Positions 18,558-27,506 are shown, counted from the first letter of the stretch. The stretch: DNA of 47,778 nucleotides from an uncultured archaeon (GCA_964373695.1 CAYJVT010000007.1:1-47778); one strand, 5' to 3'. The notes: generated by a model not told the origin, from the letters alone. Numbers and translations: made by a program.

Positions 18558-19259
18558 ATGAAACTCCTCTCGGTCGAGCACGTCTCAAGCGGCTACAACA
18601 AAAGCAGCGTTCTTCAAGATGTGTCTTTCCATGTAAACGAAGGCGAAATCGTGTCACTGATAGGCCCGAACGGAGCCGGCAAGTCCACAGCTTTGAAGAC
18701 AGTCTTCGGCTTCTTGGAAATGCACAAGGGAAAAATAGCCTTCGATGGAAAAAGCATATCAGAGAAGAAGCCGTATAAAATGGCAAAATTAGGGCTTTCA
18801 TTTGTGCATCAAGGAAGGCAGGTCTTCAGGAATATGGCAGTTGAGGAAAATCTTATTCTAGGAGCTTTCATAGACAAAAATTCCGAAAAGAATCTGAAGA
18901 AGGTCTATTCCATGTTTCCTGTGCTTGAAAAGAAGAGGAAGGTGCTTGCTTCGACGCTTTCCGGCGGCCAGCAGCAGCAACTGGCTATAGGAAGGGCTCT
19001 TATGCTAAAGCCTAAACTCCTTTTGCTTGATGAGCCTTCTCTTGGGCTCGACCCGAAGACAGTCCGACTAGTCTTTGACAAGATAAAGGAAATACGCCGT
19101 CATGGTACTACCGTGCTGCTTGTCGAGCAGAACGCGAAAATGGCATTGGAGATTTCAGACCGCGCTTATGTCTTTGAGACCGGAAGGATAAAGCTTTCCG
19201 GTACCGGAAGGAAATTGCTTCGCAACAAGAAGGTGCAGAAGCTTTACCTTGGCGGGTGA
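18558..19259 (+). CDS. livF: Branched-chain amino-acid ABC transporter ATP-binding protein
   Basis: GPNGAGKST, TLSGGQQQQLAIGRALM..PKLLLLDEPSLGL, LVEQNA, KLYLGG. Confidence 0.93.
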   Translation: MKLLSVEHVSSGYNKSSVLQDVSFHVNEGEIVSLIGPNGAGKSTALKTVFGFLEMHKGKIAFDGKSISEKKPYKMAKLGLSFVHQGRQVFRNMAVEENLILGAFIDKNSEKNLKKVYSMFPVLEKKRKVLASTLSGGQQQQLAIGRALMLKPKLLLLDEPSLGLDPKTVRLVFDKIKEIRRHGTTVLLVEQNAKMALEISDRAYVFETGRIKLSGTGRKLLRNKKVQKLYLGG

Positions 19260-19290
19260 TTATTAATTTCTTTTTGTGTTATCTCATCCT

Positions 19291-20103
19291 ATGAAACTCG
19301 TCAAGCTGCCTCTTAGCGCCCTGAAGGTCTCAGGCACAGGCGCCTGCGACTTTCTGCATAGCGTGTGCACCAATGATATAAAGAGTGTGAAAGCAGGTGA
19401 AGGCGCCGGCGCCGCTTTCCTTGACAGGTTCGGCAAGATCATAGCGGTGAGCAGCATTTACAGTATAGGGGGATATTACGTCGTGATATCAGATGCCGCC
19501 GCGCACAGGTCTCTGAAGGAGCATCTGAAGCCGTCGCTGCTGGACAAGTGCATCGTTGAGGACATGTCGGGCAAGTTCGTCTCGTTTTCGTCCATGTGGT
19601 GTGCCAAGAAGGGCGAAATCATCGAGGGTGAGTTCTCTGGGACAAAGACGCTGGAGATGGGAAGCTGCCTCATTGACAGGGCCGACTTCCTGGTTCCGTC
19701 AGAGTATGCTGAAAGGTTCTGGGAGAAGGCATTCGAGAAAGGCGCGGCGGAGGATCACGAGGCCCACAGAATAGGGAAAGGCCTGCCTGAATACGGCAAG
19801 GATTACGACGGCAGCTGTATGGTTCTCGAGCTCGGTCTTGACAATGTTATATCCTACGACAAGGGATGCTACACCGGCCAGGAAATCATCGCGCGCATGA
19901 AGGCTTATGGCGGCGAGTTGCCGAAGAAGGTAGTCAGGCTCGTGGGGGACGTAAAGAAAGGTGACAAATTATTCAAAGACAGAATGGAAGCAGGAATTAT
20001 TACAAGCGCTTCAGGCGGCATGGGCATAGCCACTGTGAAGAAGGGATTTTACGAGAAAGGCACAGAACTTCAGTCGGAAAGCGGGAAGGTGGTTGTAGGT
20101 TAA
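19291..20103 (+). CDS. ygfZ: YgfZ/GcvT-family folate-binding protein
   Basis: V.G..A.DFL....TND; ISYDKGCYTGQEIIARM (KGCxxGQE signature). Confidence 0.85.
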   Translation: MKLVKLPLSALKVSGTGACDFLHSVCTNDIKSVKAGEGAGAAFLDRFGKIIAVSSIYSIGGYYVVISDAAAHRSLKEHLKPSLLDKCIVEDMSGKFVSFSSMWCAKKGEIIEGEFSGTKTLEMGSCLIDRADFLVPSEYAERFWEKAFEKGAAEDHEAHRIGKGLPEYGKDYDGSCMVLELGLDNVISYDKGCYTGQEIIARMKAYGGELPKKVVRLVGDVKKGDKLFKDRMEAGIITSASGGMGIATVKKGFYEKGTELQSESGKVVVG

Positions 20104-20571
20104 TCATTTCTTCGGCGGTATCTGAACCTGGGCCAGCCTGTCTATGTAAGTGTCGAGCCTTTTCAGTTCCTTCTCCATGGTGAGTATCATCTGGGACGTG
20201 TTTTTGTCTTTCGAGTCGCTCCGGTGTTTTGACATCTCCATCTTTGTCTTCAGTATCTCCTTCTTCAGCTTCAGTATGAATGCGGTCCTCAGGCTCTCCA
20301 GGAGGTCCCCTTCCAGCTTCACGTATATCTTCCTGTCGCCAGTGTTCTTCATCTTGCGTATAATACCGACAAGCTCCAGTAGGTCTAGCGATATGGATAT
20401 TGACGACAGTGAATATCCTGTCTTTTTAGCGATATCGTCGAGAGAGAGCGGCTTGTTCTCCACCAGAAGGGACGATATTATCATGCCGTGGACCTCGCTG
20501 TAGCCCAGCGTCGAGGCTACTGTCGAGAAAGTCGAATATACGCTTTTCCTGAACTCCATGTCGTCTCCCAT
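20104..20571 (-). CDS. GbsR/MarR-family transcriptional regulator
   Basis: LG....GMI...LL....PLSLDDIAKKTGYSLSSIS..L..L...GI wHTH; GDRKIY wing. Confidence 0.82.
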   Translation of the reverse strand: MGDDMEFRKSVYSTFSTVASTLGYSEVHGMIISSLLVENKPLSLDDIAKKTGYSLSSISISLDLLELVGIIRKMKNTGDRKIYVKLEGDLLESLRTAFILKLKKEILKTKMEMSKHRSDSKDKNTSQMILTMEKELKRLDTYIDRLAQVQIPPKK

Positions 20572-20636
20572 AAACTATCTCCAGGTAATGATTTGTAGAA
20601 GTTTTAACGTTTATATAGTTTGAAAAGCCATATTAT

Positions 20637-20664
20637 TTATAACTTTTAGAAATTCATAAAAGTT
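20637..20664. promoter_or_regulatory. TATA box plus palindromic operator (TTATAAC-TTTTAGAAATTCATAAAA-GTT)
   Basis: The 18-mer TTATAACTTTTAGAAATT is identical to 34160-34177 upstream of sod. Confidence 0.7.
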
Positions 20665-20687
20665 AATTCATGTTGGGAGGGTTCCGA

Positions 20688-23600
20688 ATGGTAAACGCAT
20701 ATCCGCAGGCAATTGAGAAGAGCAGGAGCGATTTCGCAGAGGTCGCGACTTCGCCATATGTGAAGGATTATTCTATTGAAAGGAAGCAGCGTCTTGTGGC
20801 TTTGCTGCCCGAGGACGCCCGCATCCTCAAATTCCATCAGTCTTTATGCCCTGGATGCGTAGACGAGGAGAAATTCGACATTATGAAGATAGACTCGGTC
20901 ACGTTCGCAAGGCACAACAAGGTATGGATAATGAAGCAGTGCGCCGAGCACGGCGTTTACAAGGAGCTTTCCTGGGGCGACTACGAGTTGTACAAAAAAG
21001 CGGAAAGATTCCAGGACCCCGGAATAAAGATACTCAATCCTCATATTGACAAGTCGCAGTTCGAGATAGACTGCCCGACTGACTGCGGCCTTTGCGTCGA
21101 GCACGAATCGCACACAGGCCTCGGCAATATTGTCGTTACAAACCGATGTGACCTGACATGCTGGTACTGCTTGCCAGGCGAAGAAGAGTTGTTAGTCAAA
21201 AAAAACGGAATTGTATCTCTTGAAAAAATAGAAAATCTGACTGATGCAAACAGCCAGGCAATGAAAATCAAAGTTAATGATATTGAAGGTGAATTTACAG
21301 CTTTGGAAGGTGCCGAGGCCCTTGCATTCAGTTCGGGCATTGCAGCATGGACAAAAATAAAGAAAGTTTTCAGAAGGCCTTATAATGGCTCTTTGCTTGA
21401 GATAAGAACTCGGACAGGCAGGCACATCAAGGTTACGCCAGAGCACAGGATTGCATTAATCGCAGGCAAAAATCTTTTAAAGAAGCCAGCCAGTGAGTTG
21501 CAGATTGGCGACAGGCTTTTGGCAAGCATAGCTTTGCCTGCCGCACAGGAGATTGAGATAGACCTCCTTGAAGCATTTTCAATTATTCCCGATATGGAGA
21601 AACAGAAAATATATGTCCATAATGTAAGGACAGCTCTTGAAGGCAGTGCAGGCGGGCTTTTTTACAGCTGGCGCTCAAGGGACACAATGCCTCTTTCTGA
21701 ATTTTACAAGCTGCCGGATACCAATCATGAAGTGACTTTCGGAAGGGATGCAAGCAATGAAAGGCTTCCAAGAAAGCTGAAGATTAGTAAGGATTTGGCA
21801 AAAATCATAGGCTACTTCATTTCAGACGGCCATTATACATACAAGGATCTGCGCATAACATGCAAAGACAAAATGCATGCTGTTGAGATTATAGATTGCA
21901 TAAAGAGACTAGGTATCAAGCACAGCATTCTCGACCTCGAAAAGCATGGCAAGGCGCCTCAGATTGTAATCGGTTCAAGGAACATGCGACTTATTTTCAA
22001 GCACGTTCTAAACATTCCTGAAAAAGCTTCAGGGAAGAGGCTTCCGGGGATAATTTTTGGCATGCCATATGAGTTAAAGGCAGCATTGTTGAGCGGCTTG
22101 TTTAATGGAGACGGCTTTGTGACACGCGGTAAGAGGCACGCCAGCATGGGAATAGCTACTGTTTCCAGAGGATTGGCAAGGGATATTTCATATCTTCTTT
22201 CTTCATTTGGCATATTTTGTCGTATATATTCTGTTCCTAAAGAAAAAATAAAAGGCGCGAATTATGATTTACATAAAATCTACATATCAGGCAATGACAT
22301 GGAGAAGCTTATTCCTATTCTAGACCTTAGGCAGGGCCACAAGGCAAGGCTTCTCGGTCTTACGCCAAGAAGAGGTGCGAGAATTGAGAAGTTGGGAGAT
22401 TTTGTTATAGACCATGTAAAGGAAATCATGAAAAGCGAAATAAATGAATTTGTATACGACATTGAAGTAGAAAATCCGGAGCATGTTTTCTTGGCTGGTG
22501 ACGGCATTTTAGTCAGCAATTGCTTCTTTTACGCTAAAGAAGGGGAGCCAATATACGAACCCACGATGGAGCAGATAAAGTTCATGCTCAAGAGAATGAG
22601 GAACGAGAAGCCTGTAGGCGCCAATTCGGTGCAGTTCACTGGCGGCGAGCCTACCCTCCGTGAGGACCTGCCCGAGATAGTGAAGACGGCCAAGGACATG
22701 GGCTATAACCATGTCCAGCTCAACACAAACGGCATAAACCTTTCAAGGGATCCGCAGCTATCCGTCAATCTGCGCACCGCCGGGGTCAGCAATCTTTACA
22801 TGAGTTTCGACGGCATGACGCCGGAGACAAACCCGAAGAACTATTGGGAGGCGCAGCAGGCAATAGACAACTGCGCCAAGGCGAACATCGGCGTCGTTCT
22901 CGTGCCCACCGTGATAGGGGGCATCAACGACCACGAGCTCGGCGACATAATAAGGTTCGGCATCGGAAACATAGGGAAGGTCAGGAGCGTCAACTTCCAG
23001 CCGGTTTCATTGGTAGGAAGGATGCCTGATGCCCTTCGCAAGAAGCAGAGAATCACCATACCTGGCGCCATAAAGCGCATCGAGGCACAGACCGACGGGC
23101 AGATAGGCCGCGAACATTGGTTCCCTGTGCCTTGCGCCAAGCAGATAACCGATTTTATAGAGTCAGTAAAGCAGGAGCCCAAATATAGGCTCTCCATACA
23201 TTTCCAGTGCGGCATGGCGACTTACATATTCAAGGACGGCAACAGGATAGTGCCTCTGCCGGAGTTCTTCGACGTGGAGGGATTCTTCGACTATCTGGGC
23301 CAGCTCACTAGGGAGATAGAGGCGGCAAAGTTCAGGAAGCTCAGGACCACATGGTCGCTTGCCAAGCTCATGGTCAAGATAAGTAGGTATGTCGACGAGG
23401 ATAAGAAGCCGAAGAACCTCAAGTTCGTAAGGATGCTTGCAGGGGCTGTCGGCGGCTCCAATTATCATGGACTGGCGGAATTCCACATGAACTCGCTGTT
23501 CCTGGGGATGATGCACTTCCAGGACCCGTACAACTGGGACATAGACCGCATACACAAGTGCGATATTCACTACGCGACGCCTGACGGCCGCGTGCTTCCT

Positions 23601-23963
23601 TTCTGCACGTTCAACGTCATCCCGGAGCTCTACAGGGACCGAATACAGAGGAAGTTCAGCATCCCTGCGGTGGAATGGGAGAAGAAAACCGGTAAGAAGC
23701 TGAACGAGGACAAGCATCACAGGAAGTTCACGAAGGAGGAAATCCAGAGCATAGTCGGCAACTTCAACCAGTACAGGCGCTCCATGACCAAGGTGGTCCC
23801 GGAGAGCGACTGGGGAGAGGAGGCTTTTGAGCCCATGCCGGCAGCGACTTCAGGAGGATTCGTGCCGCTTCAGATGCTCGGCGCCCCGCAGCCTGCGCAT
23901 AAAAAAGCGACGATGGAGAACCCTGCTGGAGGCGGCTGCGGCTCCGGCACGTGCGGCTGCTAA
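20688..23963 (+). CDS. tes: Radical SAM enzyme of the MJ0619/Tes (GDGT-MAS, tetraether lipid synthase) family, interrupted by an intein (precursor 1091 aa, spliced 640 aa)
   Basis: N-terminal SLCPGC...KQCAEHG metal site, CPTDCGLCVEH auxiliary cluster motif, TNRCDLTCWY|CFF SAM-cluster motif, FTGGEPT, QLNTNG, C-terminal KCDIHYATPDGRVLPFCTFN; GGAGG RBS before ATG 20688. Confidence 0.85.
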   Translation: MVNAYPQAIEKSRSDFAEVATSPYVKDYSIERKQRLVALLPEDARILKFHQSLCPGCVDEEKFDIMKIDSVTFARHNKVWIMKQCAEHGVYKELSWGDYELYKKAERFQDPGIKILNPHIDKSQFEIDCPTDCGLCVEHESHTGLGNIVVTNRCDLTCWYCLPGEEELLVKKNGIVSLEKIENLTDANSQAMKIKVNDIEGEFTALEGAEALAFSSGIAAWTKIKKVFRRPYNGSLLEIRTRTGRHIKVTPEHRIALIAGKNLLKKPASELQIGDRLLASIALPAAQEIEIDLLEAFSIIPDMEKQKIYVHNVRTALEGSAGGLFYSWRSRDTMPLSEFYKLPDTNHEVTFGRDASNERLPRKLKISKDLAKIIGYFISDGHYTYKDLRITCKDKMHAVEIIDCIKRLGIKHSILDLEKHGKAPQIVIGSRNMRLIFKHVLNIPEKASGKRLPGIIFGMPYELKAALLSGLFNGDGFVTRGKRHASMGIATVSRGLARDISYLLSSFGIFCRIYSVPKEKIKGANYDLHKIYISGNDMEKLIPILDLRQGHKARLLGLTPRRGARIEKLGDFVIDHVKEIMKSEINEFVYDIEVENPEHVFLAGDGILVSNCFFYAKEGEPIYEPTMEQIKFMLKRMRNEKPVGANSVQFTGGEPTLREDLPEIVKTAKDMGYNHVQLNTNGINLSRDPQLSVNLRTAGVSNLYMSFDGMTPETNPKNYWEAQQAIDNCAKANIGVVLVPTVIGGINDHELGDIIRFGIGNIGKVRSVNFQPVSLVGRMPDALRKKQRITIPGAIKRIEAQTDGQIGREHWFPVPCAKQITDFIESVKQEPKYRLSIHFQCGMATYIFKDGNRIVPLPEFFDVEGFFDYLGQLTREIEAAKFRKLRTTWSLAKLMVKISRYVDEDKKPKNLKFVRMLAGAVGGSNYHGLAEFHMNSLFLGMMHFQDPYNWDIDRIHKCDIHYATPDGRVLPFCTFNVIPELYRDRIQRKFSIPAVEWEKKTGKKLNEDKHHRKFTKEEIQSIVGNFNQYRRSMTKVVPESDWGEEAFEPMPAATSGGFVPLQMLGAPQPAHKKATMENPAGGGCGSGTCGC
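21168..22520 (+). mobile_element. Intein (451 aa) with LAGLIDADG homing endonuclease
   Basis: Starts CLPG (block A), IKVTPEH (block B TxxH), IIGYFISDG and LLSGLFNGDG LAGLIDADG helices, VYDIEVE (block F), ends LVSN followed by +1 Cys; visibly more AT-rich than the exteins. Confidence 0.95.
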
Positions 23964-24008
23964 GCTTCGCTTTTTAATATTTTTGTTTTATACTTTTCTG
24001 TGATGATT

Positions 24009-24266
24009 ATGGGCAAGTATATTATAGAATACGACGAAAAGGGATGTATAGGGGCCGGCGTCTGCGCCGCCTTCTCCGAGAAGGACTGGGAAATCGCTGC
24101 GAACGGCAAGGCAGTGCTGAAGGGCGGAAAGTTCGACGACGCCAAGGGCGTATGGACAAAGGAAATAGACGAGCAGGACCTTCCGGCGAATAAACAGGCT
24201 GCCGAGGGCTGCCCTGCGCTTGTCATCCATATCTTTAATAAAGACACTGGAGAAAAAGTATTTTAG
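24009..24266 (+). CDS. Monocluster ferredoxin (probably [3Fe-4S])
   Basis: CIGAGVCAA (second Cys replaced by Ala) and AAEGCPALVI. Confidence 0.82.
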   Translation: MGKYIIEYDEKGCIGAGVCAAFSEKDWEIAANGKAVLKGGKFDDAKGVWTKEIDEQDLPANKQAAEGCPALVIHIFNKDTGEKVF

Positions 24267-24278
24267 GAGTGGTTTGTA

Positions 24279-24557
24279 TTGCATTGTTGCATCAGGACTG
24301 TCGAAACCGACAAGAAAGGGATGCCGAAGACCGCGGGCGCCATCAACGGAGTGATGATGAAGCGCCAGGTCCCAAACGAGGCGCCTATTTTGGTTATTAA
24401 CGTCTCGTCTGTTGACGGTTATCTGAAGAAGATCGGGAAATCCGGAGGCAAGGCGATTTCCGAGAAAATAAATGTAGGGGACATGGGCTTTTATGTAAGA
24501 TTTAAGGACACTGAAGGCAATACTATAGGTATCTGGGAAGATCTGCAAAGAAACTGA
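24279..24557 (+). pseudogene. N-terminally truncated VOC/glyoxalase-family protein
   Basis: GAING.MMKR...V.SVD..LKKI.KSGGK...VGDMGFY.RFKDTEGN.IGIWE is the C-terminal part of a VOC domain; the HFEI...FY..IFGW N-terminus is absent and only 12 nt separate it from the upstream stop. Confidence 0.55.
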
Positions 24558-24617
24558 ATTCTTTGAGATCTTGAAGGAATCTTTGATTCCTTCACAAGAA
24601 ATCAAGAAGCGATTTTC

Positions 24618-25202
24618 ATGGAAGCAGAAACGCAAATTATCACGAAGGACATGACGATAGGCGAAGTCATCGAGAAATACCCAGAAACAGCAGACATAAT
24701 GATGAGCTTCGGGCTCCACTGCTTCGGCTGCCATGTCAATGTGTACGAGACTCTGGAACAGGGAATAGTGAGCCACGGCATGGAAGATGCCACTTTGCAC
24801 AGCATGCTTGACGAGATGAACAAGGCAATCGCTAAGCGCGTCACTATGCCGGCCGAGGAAATAAAGAAGCTCGAGGGCGGGAAGGTAATAGTGACGGATT
24901 TTGCCGCAAAGAAAGTGCTCGAAATAATGAAGAGCAACGAGAAGGAAGGATGGGGCCTCAGAATAGGCGTGAAGCGCGGCGGTTGCTCAGGATATTCTTA
25001 TCTGATGGATTTCGAGCAGTCCCCTGCACACGATGACGCTGTTTTTGAGAAGGATGGCCTCAAGTATTTCGTCGATCCCAGCAGCATGCAGATGATGAAC
25101 GGAATAGTCGTTGATTATGTGGAGAGCCTGCAGGGCGCGGGTTTCAAGATAGAGAACCCGAATGCCAAGAGCTCGTGCGGTTGCGGCAAGAGCTTCGGTT
25201 AA
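24618..25202 (+). CDS. DUF1858-like domain fused to an A-type Fe-S carrier (IscA/SufA/ErpA, HesB family)
   Basis: ITKDMTIGEVIEKYPET...FGLHCFGC (DUF1858); GGCSGYSY...NPNAKSSCGCGKSF (A-type carrier). Confidence 0.88.
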   Translation: MEAETQIITKDMTIGEVIEKYPETADIMMSFGLHCFGCHVNVYETLEQGIVSHGMEDATLHSMLDEMNKAIAKRVTMPAEEIKKLEGGKVIVTDFAAKKVLEIMKSNEKEGWGLRIGVKRGGCSGYSYLMDFEQSPAHDDAVFEKDGLKYFVDPSSMQMMNGIVVDYVESLQGAGFKIENPNAKSSCGCGKSFG

Positions 25203-25236
25203 TTCTATTTATATAACTTATGTAGATAGTTCTGTT

Positions 25237-25371
25237 ATGGAAACTGTAACTATTCCAAAATCAGAATATAAAAAATTAAAGAAATTGAAAGAAGTCGATC
25301 ACGAACTTCTGATTAAAATAGTTAAAGGTCTAGAAGACACAAAGGCTGGCAGAATCAAGAAATGGGAATAA
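25237..25371 (+). CDS. Small orphan antitoxin-like protein (44 aa)
   Basis: METVTIPKSEYKKLK...GLEDTKAGRIK resembles archaeal RelB-type antitoxins; no intact toxin gene follows. Confidence 0.5.
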   Translation: METVTIPKSEYKKLKKLKEVDHELLIKIVKGLEDTKAGRIKKWE

Positions 25372-25502
25372 TTATTTATTCGGAAATTTATCGCTTATTT
25401 TCCTCACCAGCCAAATAGTCAGCCTATTAATTATAAATGAATAGTTGACTATATATTTAAGGCATTATTTTGCACCCACAGCAGGACAAATTAGATTTTT
25501 CA

Positions 25503-26264
25503 TTATTTCAGAAGGTTCTTCATGTTTCCTACGATTTCCTCGAACATAGCCTTTATTTTCTCGCTGCGAAGGACGGCAGGTATAGGGTTCTCCGACGCCA
25601 TTTCCTTTGACATGGGCACGCTTCCAAGGAAAGGCACGCCGAGCTCTTTTGCGAGCTCCATCCCTCTATCCATGCCGAACATGTCCCCTTCCATGTTCTC
25701 GACTATACCGACATGCTTTCCGAAGTGCCTTGCCGCTAGCGCGGATTTCTTCGCGTCCATGATAGCGAGAGGCTGCGGCGTTGTCACCACGACTACAGCT
25801 GACACGTCAAGGAACTGAAAGACTGTTAGAGTGCTGTCGTGCGTTCCAGGAGCCATGTCTATTATGAGGTAATCTATGTCGCCCATGTCGGATTTTTCCA
25901 TGAGCTGCATTATGGCGGAATGGATGAGGGGCCCGCGCCATATGGTAGGAGTGTCGCCAGACTGGAAAAATGCCATCGACAGTACCTTCATCCCGTATTT
26001 TTCCACCGGCATGAGTCTGCCGTCCTCGATGCGGAAGTTTTCCTCGATGCCGAGCATCTTGCCAACATTGGGGCAGTCGATGTCGGCGTCCATGAGCCCG
26101 ACTTTGTAGCCTTTCTTTGCCAGAAGCGCGGCCATGTTCACTGCAATCGTCGTCTTCCCGACGCCGCCTTTCCCCGAAAGCACGGCTATCTTGTATTTTA
26201 TCCTGTCGAGATTGGCCTTGAGCTTGTTGAACTGCTCATGTTTCTGCAGAGATGGTGTTTCCAT
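25503..26264 (-). CDS. mrp: Mrp/ApbC/Nbp35 family Fe-S cluster carrier ATPase
   Basis: SGKGGVGKTT, DADIDCPN, WRGP, IDMAPGT, VTTPQ, GIVENM. Confidence 0.9.
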   Translation of the reverse strand: METPSLQKHEQFNKLKANLDRIKYKIAVLSGKGGVGKTTIAVNMAALLAKKGYKVGLMDADIDCPNVGKMLGIEENFRIEDGRLMPVEKYGMKVLSMAFFQSGDTPTIWRGPLIHSAIMQLMEKSDMGDIDYLIIDMAPGTHDSTLTVFQFLDVSAVVVVTTPQPLAIMDAKKSALAARHFGKHVGIVENMEGDMFGMDRGMELAKELGVPFLGSVPMSKEMASENPIPAVLRSEKIKAMFEEIVGNMKNLLK

Positions 26265-26309
26265 GCTATTCAGAATGCGTATAATTATTAATGCCTTTAA
26301 TCAGGCGAG

Positions 26310-26642
26310 TCATAAAAACGACGCGGCAGCGGTTACGACTGCAGTGATTATTGAAGCCATGATTATGATTTTCCACGACTTCCTCCTGTCGGCTTCGGTG
26401 AAGCGCTTGTTAGTATGATGCACGCCTTTCTCGTCCTCATGACTGCCGCGCAGAGCCATATATACACAGAAGCTCTTGGAATATTCAATTAGCGAGACGC
26501 ATGTTATGAAGACCAGAATTGCAAGAAATACAGGCGCGTATGCATAGGATGCCATTGAAATCATAATAAATGCAATTCCTATGGCAAGCCTTTTTTTCCT
26601 GCCTGTTGGAGTGATGTTGCAGATTCCGGGTATGTACGTCAT
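26310..26642 (-). CDS. Small membrane protein (possibly DUF2892/YgaP-like)
   Basis: CNI...GRKKR followed by TM helices and a conserved-looking FC. Confidence 0.5.
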   Translation of the reverse strand: MTYIPGICNITPTGRKKRLAIGIAFIMISMASYAYAPVFLAILVFITCVSLIEYSKSFCVYMALRGSHEDEKGVHHTNKRFTEADRRKSWKIIIMASIITAVVTAAASFL

Positions 26643-26675
26643 GAAAAAACTATGACGGAATGTTTCTTAAGGTTC

Positions 26676-27506
26676 TCATCGCCCTATGTTCTTGCTTATG
26701 CCGTAGAACACCACGCCGCCAAAAGATATGTACGACATGAGGTTGAATAGTATGTTGACTTTCCCCGGATAATGCCTGACCAGCGGGAGCATGCTCTTGC
26801 CCATGAACTTCTTCGGCCCGCTGTAGTTTTCCATTATGTATTTCAGCGTGTAGTCGTATGACATGACCAGGCGCCTTAAGGCGAGCTCTTTTATGACATT
26901 CAGAGGGGTGTGCATGGTCTGCAGCGCCGTTTCGCCGTTTTTTATGGCCATCAGCGCGCCTTCCTCGCTGTCCGCCTCCACGATGGTCATGCCGTTGCCA
27001 AGCATCTCCCTGCAGTGGGCATCGCTTCCGGCTACCATATTCAGGTGCATCCTTCTTGCGAATTTATGGGCCCGGCGGTTTGATATCCTGTCTATGCTGA
27101 GCGAGTTGAAGACCTCGGCGGCGTCGCATAATGCCGCCTTTTCTCCAAGGCCTATCTCCTTTATGGCGAAAGGATGGACGCCTATGGAAACCCCTCCCTG
27201 GGAATGTATCTCGTCCACTGTCTCTTCGGCGCTCATCCTGGGCCTTATGACCTCCTGTATTCCCAGCGCCGTTATGTCCCCGTCTAAGGTGCTTATTTCC
27301 TCCCCCCTTATCACGAGGACGCCGTATTTCTTCGCGTATTTCGCGGCCTGTTCGGCGCCGAACATCGTGTTGTGGTCCGTTATGACGATGGCATCAAGGC
27401 CCTTCAGCGCGGCGCCTTCCACCATTTCCTCCGGAGAGTTTATGCCGTCGTAATAGACCTTCGTCCCGTGCGAATACGTAGTGTGGGAGTGCAGCTCCAT
27501 TTTCAT
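26676..27506 (-). CDS. PHP-domain metal-dependent phosphoesterase
   Basis: ELHSHTTYS, ITDHN, GEEIST, HPF, AGSDAH. Confidence 0.88.
   Translation of the reverse strand: MKMELHSHTTYSHGTKVYYDGINSPEEMVEGAALKGLDAIVITDHNTMFGAEQAAKYAKKYGVLVIRGEEISTLDGDITALGIQEVIRPRMSAEETVDEIHSQGGVSIGVHPFAIKEIGLGEKAALCDAAEVFNSLSIDRISNRRAHKFARRMHLNMVAGSDAHCREMLGNGMTIVEADSEEGALMAIKNGETALQTMHTPLNVIKELALRRLVMSYDYTLKYIMENYSGPKKFMGKSMLPLVRHYPGKVNILFNLMSYISFGGVVFYGISKNIGR

Noticed and set aside
20670-23963. Annotation as MoaA or a methanopterin methyltransferase
   Set aside because: The extra N-terminal CxxC/CxxH and CX3CX2CX2H motifs and the C-terminal PFC motif fit the MJ0619/Tes family, whose older pterin annotation has been superseded; no MoaA GTP-binding or C-terminal GG signature
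23988-24800. 270-aa minus-strand ORF
   Set aside because: Antisense shadow over the ferredoxin, VOC and A-type carrier genes, which have clear motifs; it has none
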